64,000 bases of DNA from an uncultured Candidatus Saccharibacteria bacterium (GCA_964368945.1 CAYJDM010000003.1:22231-86230); one strand, 5' to 3'; positions 17,731-27,827 are shown, counted from the stretch's first letter. Notes: generated by a model not told the origin, from the letters alone. Numbers and translations are program-made.

Positions 17731-19501
17731 CCTGCCGACGATAAGCCTGTTCATTTCCGGATTGATCAACCTCATTCTGGTAGTTATCGTTTCCCTTCGG
17801 CCGAACAAGACCCAGGATGCCAAATTTTTCGTGGCATTCAGCAGCTCGGTATTCTGCTGGGTGGCAGCCCGACTCGTTTTCGAAATCAGCGAAGGCCCGC
17901 TCCTGCTCATTTCTGCAAAAGCCCTGTATCTGAGCGCCATTTTCATACCCTTATCGCTCGTATTCTTCATCGATGCCTTTCCGAGAAAGAAGCTGGTTTT
18001 CTCCTTTCCGCGCATCGTAATGACCATATTGCCGGCGATCCTCTTGGCCGTGCTCACGGTCACGCAGGGGTATATCATCGAATCCGTGGAAAGCGGCCCT
18101 GGAATGGCCACGAAAATCATCAATTTCGGACCGCTCTATTTTCTCTATTTCCTTTATGTCTTCATCATGTTCTGCTTCGGCTTGATCAGGATGGGAATAA
18201 AGCTTTGGAGATCGTCAGGCATAGAGAAGAGGCAGCTTGAGATCGTATTCGTGAGCATCCTCGTTTCCGCATCTGTGGGCGTTTTGGCAAACCTCATCCT
18301 GCCGACGATTCGCATCTTCGACTATTTCTGGGTAGGGCCGCTCTTCAGCGTATTCATGGTGATCACGATCGCATATGCCATCAGCAAGTATCAGCTTTTT
18401 GATACGAAGGTGGTTACGACCGAGGTTCTGACCTTCCTCATCTGGATCGTCATCCTCATACGCGTGCTGACATCGACGACGAATGACCGAATCATCAATA
18501 TCGGCATGCTTTTTATCACTATCATCATCGGAATCTATCTGATCAGAAGCGTGATAAAGGAAATCGCCCAGCGAGAGCATATCGAAATACTCGCGAGGGA
18601 TTTATCAGTGGCGAATGACCAGCTCAAGGATCTCGACTCGCAGAAGAATGAATTCGTATCGATGGCTTCGCATCAGCTACGAGGCCCGCTGACTGCCGTG
18701 AAAGGCTATGCATCGATGATCCTCGAAGGGGATTTCGGCGAGCTTTTGCCTACGGTCAAGGATGCCGTCGAGAAAATCTATAAATCAACGCAGGATCTGG
18801 TAGTCGTCGTGGGCGATTATCTCGACGTATCCCGAATCGAGCAGGGAAGAATGCAATATGATTTCAGCAATTTCGATTTGAAGGAATTGGTGCAGTCTGT
18901 AGTGAATGAATTGCGGCCGAATATCGAAAATGCGCATCTCACCATCCAATTCGATAGCACGCCCGGCATCCTCTATGCGGTCAATGCCGATAAGGGCAAG
19001 ATCAAGCAGGTCATCAGCAATATCATCGACAATTCCATCAAATATACGCCGAAGGGCGGCCTGCATCTTTGGCTTGCTCCGAAGGCCGCTGCAGATGGGT
19101 CGCGCAAGGCCCTCATCTCAATCAGCGATACCGGCGTAGGAATCCATCCGGATGTCATGCCTAAGCTATTCGCGAAATTCACACGCGCGCCTGATGCGTC
19201 CAAGACGAATATCCTCGGTACTGGTCTCGGATTATATGTAGCAAAAAAGATGATCGAAGCACATCATGGCAGAATCTGGGCAGAATCTCCCGGCTCCGGC
19301 AAGGGTTCCACATTCTTTATCGAGCTCGATCTCGCAGACGAGGACGAGGGGAAGAATGCCGATATCGTGGCGAATGCGAATGCCAGCGCTGGCGCGAGCC
19401 CAGATGCGAATCCAATCGTTTCTGTTACGCCGCCGGCGCCTGAATTGATTCCTGAGGCGCCGGCTGCGGAAGCGATTGCAAACATGCCGGCACAAGGATA
19501 G
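17702..19501 (+). CDS. sensor histidine kinase with a multi-TM N-terminal sensor
   Basis: About 7 TM helices; HisKA H-box MASHQLRGPLTAV; HATPase_c N/G boxes (DNSIKYTPKGG, DTGVGI, GTGLGLYVAKKMIEAHHGRIW); no response regulator in the window; its 5' end overlaps the previous gene by 29 nt. Confidence 0.9.
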   Translation: MGITTNLVFNLPTISLFISGLINLILVVIVSLRPNKTQDAKFFVAFSSSVFCWVAARLVFEISEGPLLLISAKALYLSAIFIPLSLVFFIDAFPRKKLVFSFPRIVMTILPAILLAVLTVTQGYIIESVESGPGMATKIINFGPLYFLYFLYVFIMFCFGLIRMGIKLWRSSGIEKRQLEIVFVSILVSASVGVLANLILPTIRIFDYFWVGPLFSVFMVITIAYAISKYQLFDTKVVTTEVLTFLIWIVILIRVLTSTTNDRIINIGMLFITIIIGIYLIRSVIKEIAQREHIEILARDLSVANDQLKDLDSQKNEFVSMASHQLRGPLTAVKGYASMILEGDFGELLPTVKDAVEKIYKSTQDLVVVVGDYLDVSRIEQGRMQYDFSNFDLKELVQSVVNELRPNIENAHLTIQFDSTPGILYAVNADKGKIKQVISNIIDNSIKYTPKGGLHLWLAPKAAADGSRKALISISDTGVGIHPDVMPKLFAKFTRAPDASKTNILGTGLGLYVAKKMIEAHHGRIWAESPGSGKGSTFFIELDLADEDEGKNADIVANANASAGASPDANPIVSVTPPAPELIPEAPAAEAIANMPAQG

Positions 19502-19513
19502 ACTAGCCGCACC

Positions 19514-20038
19514 ATGACCACAATCACTTCCTCATACGTATACGATCCGGGAGAAAACTTTCCTCCCGAAGATCACCAGACCATACAGCTTGTATATAAC
19601 GACACCGTTGATTTTTCAGAAATCCTGGATAAGAAATGCACGCAGATCTATACTGTCAGTTTCGTGCAGGGCACTGGAAAAATAATCGTAGTTCATATTG
19701 GAAAAAAGAATATGTGGGTCTTGCCCGGCGGAGGCATCGAGGCTGGCGAGACATTTGAAGAAGCAGCGCGCAGGGAAGTCAAAGAGGAAACGAATATGGA
19801 AGTGCTGAGGTATGTTCCTATCGGTTACCAAGAGGTTCAGGAGCCGGGCAAAGAACCGTATTATCAGCTTCGATGCTATTGCGAAGTAAGACCATTCGGA
19901 GATTTTACCGAGGATCCTGACGGTGACATCACAGAGATCAAGCTCATAGACCCTGCGGATTATCGCCAATATTTCGATTGGGGCGATATAGGCGAGCATA
20001 TCATCAGGCGTGCCAAAGACCTGAGCCAGCCATGCTGA
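19514..20038 (+). CDS. NUDIX hydrolase
   Basis: Canonical Nudix box GGGIEAGETFEEAARREVKEET. Confidence 0.85.
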   Translation: MTTITSSYVYDPGENFPPEDHQTIQLVYNDTVDFSEILDKKCTQIYTVSFVQGTGKIIVVHIGKKNMWVLPGGGIEAGETFEEAARREVKEETNMEVLRYVPIGYQEVQEPGKEPYYQLRCYCEVRPFGDFTEDPDGDITEIKLIDPADYRQYFDWGDIGEHIIRRAKDLSQPC

Positions 20039-20153
20039 TAAATCCAAGGTATCGCAATGTGAAAAATTGACGATTCTGTGAATAATGATATGGTTTTTTC
20101 GGATGCTGATGATTCCCGTCAATCCAGAACAAACACAAAACTAAATACAGACC

Positions 20154-20915
20154 ATGTCTCAACTAGACACGCTCGACCCGCTTTTGCGGGCAATCATAGA
20201 CATGCCGGCAGAAATGCGCGGCCCCACATTAGACCTCGTCCGTAAACTTACGGGCGATGGCAGAGTCCCGAATCGCAGGCAATTGTTAAGATTCCTGCGA
20301 AGAGAGCAGTGCTGGAGTCCAGCGGACAGCGTCCACAAACCGCAACCTGAAGACCTCGCCTGCGCACTTCGCGTCGTAGAGGCCATCAAGATGCCGGGCC
20401 GATACTGCATCTTCGACATCAGAGAACGCTTTTTCGGTGAAAAGAGTCATGACGCTCCAAAAACCACAAGGTCCAAGGCGAACTTTCTCAATGCCTTCAT
20501 CGGCAAGGACGAAGACAAGCTGATCGAACCGCCGAAGGCCTTCCTATACGATCTCTATCTTTGCGAGTTCGCAGAGGATGTACCGCACGATTGGTTTCCG
20601 TACCTGTTCGCCGAGTCGCACCAAGAGGGGCTGGACAAGGCCCGCATCGATTTTGCGGACCTCATCCACATCCTGGAAGAGCAGGCTCACGGTAAACCCG
20701 GACGACTCGGAATCGGCGGGGGAGGGTTCAAAAATATGACGACATGCCTGATACAAGGGCTTGGTGGCCAGACGTATCAAGTTGGTTCGTTTTACGATCC
20801 GAGAGAAAGCTTCGATTCATGGTTTCTTTACACAGAACATGTATCGAGGAGACTGGAGACACGTGCCGGCCAGCGGTTCATTGCGGGAAGCAAGCCACGC
20901 TTCGCAGCAGTGTGA
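20154..20915 (+). CDS. hypothetical protein
   Basis: 253 aa; visibly GC-richer than the flanks; no motif recognised. Confidence 0.5.
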   Translation: MSQLDTLDPLLRAIIDMPAEMRGPTLDLVRKLTGDGRVPNRRQLLRFLRREQCWSPADSVHKPQPEDLACALRVVEAIKMPGRYCIFDIRERFFGEKSHDAPKTTRSKANFLNAFIGKDEDKLIEPPKAFLYDLYLCEFAEDVPHDWFPYLFAESHQEGLDKARIDFADLIHILEEQAHGKPGRLGIGGGGFKNMTTCLIQGLGGQTYQVGSFYDPRESFDSWFLYTEHVSRRLETRAGQRFIAGSKPRFAAV

Positions 20916-21055
20916 TCAGCGCAATCAGTGTGCAGACGGCCGTCATACTTCAAACCATCAAATCAAGCCCCGTCGACCCATCCGAGCAATCGGATGCGAG
21001 TCGGCGGGGCGCTTTTTCATATGAATATTTCTGGTATAGTAATAGGCATATATTT

Positions 21056-22063
21056 ATGAAAAAAATCTTCTTCACAGGAATCCAGCCATCTGGCCGCCCG
21101 CATCTCGGCAATTATTTTGGCACGATGAAGCAACTCGTCGATAACCAGCATAATGGATATGATATGCGGGTTTTCATCGCTGATATGCATTCGCTTACAT
21201 CTGTTCAGGATGGGGAAGCCGTAGCGCGAGGCACGCTCGATCTCGCTATCGATTATTTGGCGATCGGCCTGGATCCGAAAAAAGCGCTGATCTACAAGCA
21301 AAGCGATATGCCCGAAGTGGCAGAGATGACTTGGGTTTTCAATTGCATTACGACCATGCCTTTTCTGTCATTGGCTCATTCATACAAAGATAAAGTCGCG
21401 CATGGCAAGGAGGCCAATGTCGGTCTTTTTGACTATCCAATATTGATGGCGGCGGATATCCTCATTCACAATGCGGACATTATTCCTGTCGGCAAGGATC
21501 AGCAGCAGCATGTGGAAATGGCGCGCGATATTGCTGAAAAGTTCAATCGGGTTTTTTCAACAGGATCAGACAGCGAAAAAGGAAAGCTTGAATTATTCAA
21601 ATTGCCGACTGCACGCATCCTCGAAGATATGGCGACAGTTCCAGGCATTGATGGCCAGAAGATGAGCAAGAGCTATAACAATCATATCCCGCTTTTTTCG
21701 ACTGATGAGGAGATAAAAAAGCTCGTCATGTCCATCACTACCGATTCTGGCAGCGCTGCGGATATCGAGGCGGGGAAGATCAGCGGCATCCCTGAGAATG
21801 TCTACAATATCCACAAGCTTTTGCGGCCCGTTGCGGAGCTCGACGAATTGTATGCCGCGAATAAAGGAAAGTATAAAATGCTGAAAGAAGCATTGATCGC
21901 CGACCTGATCGCATTCATCGCGCCAATGCGAGCGCGACGCGAAAAGATCGCAAAGAATCCAGCAGCTGTCAAAAAGATGCTTGCAAAAAATGCTGCGAAG
22001 GTCCGCAAGATGACAGCGCCGCTCGTGAAGGAATTTAGGAAGAGGGTAGGGTTTACGCTTTAG
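21056..22063 (+). CDS. trpS: tryptophan--tRNA ligase
   Basis: Start set at MKKIFFTGIQPSGRPHLGNYFG (HIGH-type motif); KMSKS present as KMSKSYNN; the track ORF from 20744 carries an in-frame upstream extension that is unlikely to be translated. Confidence 0.9.
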   Translation: MKKIFFTGIQPSGRPHLGNYFGTMKQLVDNQHNGYDMRVFIADMHSLTSVQDGEAVARGTLDLAIDYLAIGLDPKKALIYKQSDMPEVAEMTWVFNCITTMPFLSLAHSYKDKVAHGKEANVGLFDYPILMAADILIHNADIIPVGKDQQQHVEMARDIAEKFNRVFSTGSDSEKGKLELFKLPTARILEDMATVPGIDGQKMSKSYNNHIPLFSTDEEIKKLVMSITTDSGSAADIEAGKISGIPENVYNIHKLLRPVAELDELYAANKGKYKMLKEALIADLIAFIAPMRARREKIAKNPAAVKKMLAKNAAKVRKMTAPLVKEFRKRVGFTL

Positions 22064-22216
22064 TCAGTTTTCCGGCTGTTTTTTAGATAAAAAAATACCG
22101 GCGCGCTGTGGAGCTTGCCGGTTTTTTAACTCTCCACGGGGAGGTTAAGGTTTTTAACTTTCTTACAATCAAATTCACAACGTTAAACTTTTACGGAATA
22201 TCAGGCGATAGAGGGT

Positions 22217-22639
22217 TTACCAGCCGAACTCATGGCTAAGCTTAAGGGCGTATGCTCTTTCGCATTGGGCCTCTCTTGCTTCCTCAAGCCTTCTTTCCAT
22301 TATCTGAACATAGGCTTCGGACGCCTCAATGGCACAGATCCTTCTGCTCAAGGCTTCATGGTACCTAACGATCTTTTTGCGAATCGCTAGAGCATTTGCA
22401 GCCTTTCTTTCAGATATTTTCTTTTCCAATTTTAGCCTTTCGGCTTTTTCGACATACCTGTCAGGCCTTGTCTGTTGAGCGATCCGAATTTCTTCGAGCT
22501 CATCAAGGATTTCGTAGATATTGCTGTTTTCTGACCCCAGAATATTTCTGAGCTTTTTCGCATGTGATTCGAGAATGCCGAGCATCTTTTTAGATGCCCG
22601 TAATCTGAGTAGCCATTTGTTTTCTTTGGTCATATTCAT
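22217..22639 (-). CDS. hypothetical coiled-coil protein
   Basis: 140 aa, helical and charged (KAERLKLEKKISERKAANALAIRKK); no motif. Confidence 0.45.
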   Translation of the reverse strand: MNMTKENKWLLRLRASKKMLGILESHAKKLRNILGSENSNIYEILDELEEIRIAQQTRPDRYVEKAERLKLEKKISERKAANALAIRKKIVRYHEALSRRICAIEASEAYVQIMERRLEEAREAQCERAYALKLSHEFGW

Positions 22640-22879
22640 CTATGTGGTCGTCCGCGGGAAGTTTCGCAAGACTTGGAAGCATCAATAATCAGTCGATTGA
22701 TGCCTTTAAGTCGTACGAAACCCCAGCGCAGATCACACTTTGAACATGGCTAAAGCCGTTGTGATTTAAAGGAACTACTGTGTATATTATATACCAGATA
22801 TGCTATTTTGTCAATATACGAATAATTAAGTTATTTTCGGGTATACCTTCCATGAGCAATATGATAAACTGGCCAAATC

Positions 22880-23175
22880 CAGTGACCCGGCTGACACCGG
22901 CGAGGATTGAGAGAAGAACCCTCCCCAGAAGCCCAAATTTGCCTTAAAAGGCATGCTTAGACTCATGGTGGGCAAGTAGACCCCTCCGGCAAAACAGGCT
23001 TTAAAACAGCCTTCCGTCCCGTAGACGGCCAACGAGACCGCAAGCCTCCCGCAAGGGTCGGCAGGCGGAGAACCAGGGTGGCACCGCGACCACAATCGCC
23101 CCTGCGAACTTAGAAGATGTTTGAGCGAAAAATCGCTCGAGTATTCGAACAAGTTCGGAGGGGCTTTTCGTTTGG
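22880..23175 (+). promoter_or_regulatory. T-box riboswitch leader of the Asp/Asn-tRNA ligase gene
   Basis: AGGGTGGCACCGCG (23075-23088) matches the T-box consensus AGGGUGGNACCGCG with a UGGC bulge. The terminator CGCCCCTGCGAACTT...AAGTTCGGAGGGGC-TTTTCGTTT (23097-23172) overlaps an alternative antiterminator (CAGGG/CCCTG). An AGAGA motif sits near 22911 in a Stem-I-like region. Confidence 0.7.
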
Positions 23176-23235
23176 ACGTTTTTGCAAAAAATTCGCCAAA
23201 GAATAGCGCTCTTGTTACTCACTTAATTATAAAAA

Positions 23236-24531
23236 ATGAAAAGAACATATATAAAAGAATTGCCGCAGCTCGTGGGCAATGAAGCGCTTGTAAAGGGCTT
23301 CGTGCATACGATTCGCGTGCAGAGCAAGATCATCTTTTTGATCGTGCGAGATATTAGCGGAATCGTGCAGACGGTTATCGAAGCAAAGGACGTTGAGGCA
23401 TTCGAGGCAGCGAAAGCGCTTGCCGTAGAATCCGTCGTAGCGATCACCGGCACCGTGAAGGAATTCGCGCAGGCACCCGGAGGCGTAGAGATCGGCGTCA
23501 GCGGCATTGAGGTTTTATCAAAAGCAGACCCAGAGCTCCCGATCCCCGTCATCATCAAGGGCAGCGACGAGGAAACCGAAGCGCCGACGCGATTCGACTA
23601 TCGATGGATAGACTTGCGAAAGCCTGAGAAGACGAAGATCTTCAAGGTCTGGAATGCCCTCGAGCAGGGATTCCGCAAGGCTTGGGCAGAGAACGGCTTC
23701 ATGCAGGTGTATTCGCCATCATTCATGTCTACGCCATCTGAGACGGGCGCTGAGGTTTTCGAGGTTAAGTATTTTGAGAAAAAAGCATACCTCGCTCAGT
23801 CTCCGCAATTCTATAAGCAGATGGCCATGGCTTCAGGATTTGATCGCGTCTTCATCTGCGGTCCGATCTTCCGAGCCGAGGAATCATTCACTTCTCGTCA
23901 TATGACGGAATTCACCGGATGGGACTTCGAAATGTCATTCATCGACTCTCACCATGATGTCATGGACGCTGAAGAAAAATTGCTGGTCGCTGGATTCGAA
24001 GAAGTGGCAAAGCAATTCCCGGATCTGAATCTGGAAATTCCGACCATGCCTTTCCCGCGAATCACCATGCTTGAGGCGAAGGAGATTCTCGCTGGCCTTG
24101 GCGTAGAAAGCGGCGAAGAGCATGACCTTTCCCCAGAAGAGGAGCGAGCGATCTGCGATCATGTAAAGAAGGAAAAAAACCATGACTTCGTCTTCATCAC
24201 TGAATATCACAAGGCGAAGAGCGCCTTCTATCATATGCGATTGAAAGAGGGAAGCGAGCGATCACGACGAGCCGACCTTCTCTATAGGGGCATCGAGATC
24301 ACGACGCTCGCGCAGCGAGAGCACCGAATCGAAATCCTCGAGAAGCAGGCCATCGACAAGGGCATGAGCCTCGAAGCGCTCAAGGATTATTTGAACTTCT
24401 TCCGATGGGGATGCCCTCCGCATGGCGGAGCAGGAATCGGACCGGCGCGATTGATCATGAAATTGCTCGATCTGCCAAACGTTCGCGAGGCGACATATTT
24501 GCCGCGAGATGTGAAGCGATTGAATCCTTAG
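23236..24531 (+). CDS. aspS: aspartate--tRNA ligase, type 2 (archaeal/non-discriminating type); AsnRS not excluded
   Basis: 431 aa class IIb; N-terminal OB fold; QSPQFYKQ (motif 1 region), FRAE (motif 2), GCPPHGGAGIGPARL (motif 3). Confidence 0.85.
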   Translation: MKRTYIKELPQLVGNEALVKGFVHTIRVQSKIIFLIVRDISGIVQTVIEAKDVEAFEAAKALAVESVVAITGTVKEFAQAPGGVEIGVSGIEVLSKADPELPIPVIIKGSDEETEAPTRFDYRWIDLRKPEKTKIFKVWNALEQGFRKAWAENGFMQVYSPSFMSTPSETGAEVFEVKYFEKKAYLAQSPQFYKQMAMASGFDRVFICGPIFRAEESFTSRHMTEFTGWDFEMSFIDSHHDVMDAEEKLLVAGFEEVAKQFPDLNLEIPTMPFPRITMLEAKEILAGLGVESGEEHDLSPEEERAICDHVKKEKNHDFVFITEYHKAKSAFYHMRLKEGSERSRRADLLYRGIEITTLAQREHRIEILEKQAIDKGMSLEALKDYLNFFRWGCPPHGGAGIGPARLIMKLLDLPNVREATYLPRDVKRLNP

Positions 24532-24547
24532 TCAGAGATCTCGTTTG

Positions 24548-24586
24548 AAAAAAGAAAGCCCGGCATTGTGCCGGGCTTTCTTTTTT
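24548..24586. terminator. bidirectional intrinsic terminator between convergent genes
   Basis: A-run, AAAGCCCGGCA-TTGT-GCCGGGCTTT, then T-run. Confidence 0.65.
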
Positions 24587-24606
24587 ATTAATCATACTCA
24601 ATTATC

Positions 24607-25269
24607 CTATCGACCCATCGGTGGGTGACCCGGACCGCCCTTACCTCCGCCAAATCCTCCTAAGAATTGGAGATATTCTGTCGGAATGCCATTAGATGTA
24701 GCCCAAGTCTCGAGCGCTGTCTGCTCTGCTTCCATTACTGCCTTTCGCTCGGTCTGCATCTTTTGCATCTCAGCCTTTCGCTGTTCTGCGGTCAGGGTTG
24801 AAAGATCGACTCGAATCTGAGACTTCATCGACGTCAGCTTTGCCTCCATCTGAATCTTGAGCTCGGCTTTCTTTGCAGTGATCAGATCTGCCTGAGCCTG
24901 CGTGAGCTTTCCTGCAGTTACTGCCGCAGACAGTCGTGCCGCCTCGGCCGCCTTCATCTGTGATTCGCCTTCGGACTTGACCTCATCGAACACCGCTTGA
25001 ACATCCGCGACATTCAGATTGAATTTCGTCGCGAGCTTATTCACGATCGTCGATTTGGGATTGAATCCCTTGCCAAAGGCTTGCGCTGACGCCGCGGTTG
25101 TGGCGCTCGGGGTATCAGCGGCGCTCGCCGTGTTTGCATATCCGGTGAATCCGGCCGCGAGGGCGAGTGTGAGGGCGCTGCCCGCAACTATCTTTGCCAG
25201 TTTGCCTTTATTGTTAATTTTGCTGTCGGCATATTTCGATTGATTGGAATTATTTGTTTGGTTTAACAA
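24607..25269 (-). CDS. secreted/membrane-anchored hypothetical protein
   Basis: N-terminal hydrophobic anchor (LAKIVAGSALTLALAAGFTGYA), Ala/Lys-rich helical body, Gly-rich C-terminus. Confidence 0.55.
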   Translation of the reverse strand: MLNQTNNSNQSKYADSKINNKGKLAKIVAGSALTLALAAGFTGYANTASAADTPSATTAASAQAFGKGFNPKSTIVNKLATKFNLNVADVQAVFDEVKSEGESQMKAAEAARLSAAVTAGKLTQAQADLITAKKAELKIQMEAKLTSMKSQIRVDLSTLTAEQRKAEMQKMQTERKAVMEAEQTALETWATSNGIPTEYLQFLGGFGGGKGGPGHPPMGR

Positions 25270-25474
25270 TTTGATTATTTGATTACGGAATTAATTGTTG
25301 ATCGATCAACGGCATGAGTATAAAGGAGGGGGATGAAGTAAAAGTGAAGAAAGAGCCTTGTTTTGCGAGCTATTTCTTCACTTTGTCTTCATTTTATCGG
25401 AATTTTTTTCACAAAAAACATCGATTGACCCATCACAATAGGTATGACACTATGTATCGGACGCAAAGCGCGTT

Positions 25475-26353
25475 ATGAGTTTTTTCCCAACATTTCAGTT
25501 CGACGGAAGATCCCGTCATCACCAACACAAACCAACACAAATCGCCCCAAATCAGATGAGCCAGAAACCAGAACCGACACCAGTCACCGCCCCGCCGCAT
25601 ATCGATTTCGCGAGGCTGCTAGTCCGCATATGCAGTTTGCAGCGGGAAATCAAAATACTGCTTGCGGTCTTGGCGCAAAGACCCTCGGAAAGCCGGTACA
25701 CCGCGACGGAGCTCGCAGAGAAGAAGAAGCAGCTTGCAGAATATCAGTGCGACCTGCCAAGATCGCTCCGAAACACCATCGAGAAAATCCTCGACAAAGG
25801 CAGGGACGCCCTGGGGCATCACCTCATGCCGACCCTGCTGCTGATGATGCATGCAGACAATCCGAATGAGGATTTTGCAGAGAGGGCGCAAAAAACCCTT
25901 TTGAAATTGCGCGCCCTCGACACACCTGGGACGGAACTGGTTTTCATCCAGCCATACAGGGATACCAATGGCTATAACCAGAACTGCGATCTGATACACC
26001 TCGCAGTCATGGCAAAGAGAGGGTTCACCATCGAGACAGAACCAGAGCCGCCTTTCAAGGCATCAAATCCCAATTTGCGCTTCCGGCGCCATATGACGAG
26101 ACCTGTCAGGGAGCATATCAAGCCTGGCACCGAAGGGGACGAAGTCGTATTTGAGCTCCATCTCTCGACCGATCCCGGGGACAGGCTGCCGAAATTCTTC
26201 GAAGGGCTCATCGACTGCAAAGGCGATGATGTCACCAGATTTCATATCGGCAGTGAAGCCGTTGATGCGTTCATGCAAAGCGAGTACATGCGCCGGCACC
26301 CGAGATCCATCGAGTTGCTGACGGCATTCAGAAAGCAGAACGGCGCGGGCTGA
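25475..26353 (+). CDS. hypothetical protein
   Basis: 292 aa; protein-like composition, unlike the overlapping Arg/Pro-rich alternative frame (25444-25869). Confidence 0.5.
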   Translation: MSFFPTFQFDGRSRHHQHKPTQIAPNQMSQKPEPTPVTAPPHIDFARLLVRICSLQREIKILLAVLAQRPSESRYTATELAEKKKQLAEYQCDLPRSLRNTIEKILDKGRDALGHHLMPTLLLMMHADNPNEDFAERAQKTLLKLRALDTPGTELVFIQPYRDTNGYNQNCDLIHLAVMAKRGFTIETEPEPPFKASNPNLRFRRHMTRPVREHIKPGTEGDEVVFELHLSTDPGDRLPKFFEGLIDCKGDDVTRFHIGSEAVDAFMQSEYMRRHPRSIELLTAFRKQNGAG

Positions 26354-26519
26354 ACGAGGCTTTGCAGGCGAAGCAGACAAAGCACAAGGAGGGCGACGTC
26401 ATCGCGACGGCCGCCCTCCTTATTATTTTTTTCATATATGCCATATGGCATGAGACAAAGACGCCATACCGAGGACGTCCTCGCTTTATCAGCGAGGTGG
26501 GAATTGATATGCTTCAGCA

Positions 26520-27074
26520 ATGGCATACGAAATCGAAACAAAGATCCTGGGCATCGACCCAGATGCAATCAAGGAAAAACTCGCTTCACTGGGAGGGACA
26601 AAATCTCAAGAAGTCAGGCTGACCGTCGACTGGTATCGGATAACCGGCATCAAGGAAGGCGAAGATCCTTGGTTCTTGAGAATCAGATCCTATGAAGCAC
26701 AGGGAATCGAGACGAGGCATGAAGTTACATGGAAAGCGAAATCCCAAGTCACTGGCAATGTGCGCAAGCATAAGGAGATAAATTTTGATACACAATCTCC
26801 GCAGCAACTCGCAGACCTATTCGAGGAACTTGGCCTTGAACGGTATGCGCATCAGGAAAAGGACCGCATTTCTTTTATCCTAAAAGATTGCCAATTCGAC
26901 ATAGATCAGTATCCGGGCATGCCTGCATATATGGAAATCGAGAGCCCAAGCGAGGATGCCGTGAATGGAGCCATCAAGGCGCTGGGACTGGAGGGACATG
27001 CAGCGAGCCCTGAGGGGGAAAGGAAGCTTATCCAGAATTCCTATGGCCTTGACTGGTACGATATGAGATTTTGA
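26520..27074 (+). CDS. CYTH-domain protein (CyaB-like class IV adenylyl cyclase / triphosphatase fold)
   Basis: N-terminal EIETKIL (the ExExK of the CYTH family), 184 aa, acidic residues spaced as in a triphosphate tunnel. Confidence 0.7.
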   Translation: MAYEIETKILGIDPDAIKEKLASLGGTKSQEVRLTVDWYRITGIKEGEDPWFLRIRSYEAQGIETRHEVTWKAKSQVTGNVRKHKEINFDTQSPQQLADLFEELGLERYAHQEKDRISFILKDCQFDIDQYPGMPAYMEIESPSEDAVNGAIKALGLEGHAASPEGERKLIQNSYGLDWYDMRF

Positions 27075-27098
27075 GTACACTAGACGCAATCACGAGAT

Positions 27099-27827
27099 AT
27101 GCCGATGCAACCACTCTCGAATATTCAAAGCGCGATCATCTGGCGTCTCAAGAACGCCGAGTCTTTGCGATATGCCGAATTGCAGCAAAAAGGTGTGCCT
27201 AATGATCTCTTCAATTATCATCTGCAATTTTTGGTAAAAAAGAAGTTGCTAGCAAAGCGAGGCAGCTCATATTCGCTTTCGACTGAGGGAATGAAGCTCG
27301 TGGCCGATCCGTATACGAGCGACCCGAGCAAGAACAGCTTTTTCAAGATCAATGTCATCTGCATCGTGTCTCGAAAAAACAAGGGCAAAATCGAGATCCT
27401 TAATCAGATTCGCAAATCTCACCCTTCATATGGAAAGGTGGGCGCAATGGGCGGCGTCGTCGAGAAAGGCGAAAGGACGGAAGATGCGGCTGCTCGAAAG
27501 CTCCGGAACGAGACTGGGTTAAGCGCCAAATTCAAGCTGGCGGGATGCGAGCGCAGGCTCATGTATAAGGGCGGCGAGCTTTTTTCAGATGTCCTTTTTC
27601 CCATCGCTTATGCCGATGCCTCTTCGGGCGACCTTATCGCAGACACTGAGTATGGCCATAATATGTGGGTATCTCTAGATCAGGCCATTAGAAACGAATC
27701 GGATCCGTTTGATTCGATCCAAGGCATCAATACGGTCTTGAAGGCATTGAAAAAAGGCAAGCTGAAAACGCTGCCGTATTTCTATAAAGAAGTCGTGAAG
27801 GACGATTCTCTATTGGGTAAAAAATAA
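27099..27827 (+). CDS. winged-helix-Nudix fusion protein with a degenerate Nudix box (putative ligand-sensing regulator)
   Basis: N-terminal MarR/ArsR-like wHTH (AIIWRLKNAESLRYAELQQKGVPNDLFNYHLQFLVKKKLLAKRG). Nudix fold with box GGVVEKGERTEDAAARKLRNETGL, where REx2EE is replaced by RKLRNE, as in non-catalytic NrtR-type sensors. Starts 25 nt after the CYTH stop. Confidence 0.65.
   Translation: MPMQPLSNIQSAIIWRLKNAESLRYAELQQKGVPNDLFNYHLQFLVKKKLLAKRGSSYSLSTEGMKLVADPYTSDPSKNSFFKINVICIVSRKNKGKIEILNQIRKSHPSYGKVGAMGGVVEKGERTEDAAARKLRNETGLSAKFKLAGCERRLMYKGGELFSDVLFPIAYADASSGDLIADTEYGHNMWVSLDQAIRNESDPFDSIQGINTVLKALKKGKLKTLPYFYKEVVKDDSLLGKK

Noticed and set aside
22826-23558. Three minus-strand ORFs (22826-23152, 23001-23222, 23223-23558) overlapping the aspS leader and the 5' end of aspS
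   Set aside because: They lie antisense to a T-box leader with a clear terminator/antiterminator and to a well-supported aaRS gene. Their composition is Ala/Ser/Pro-rich antisense noise.
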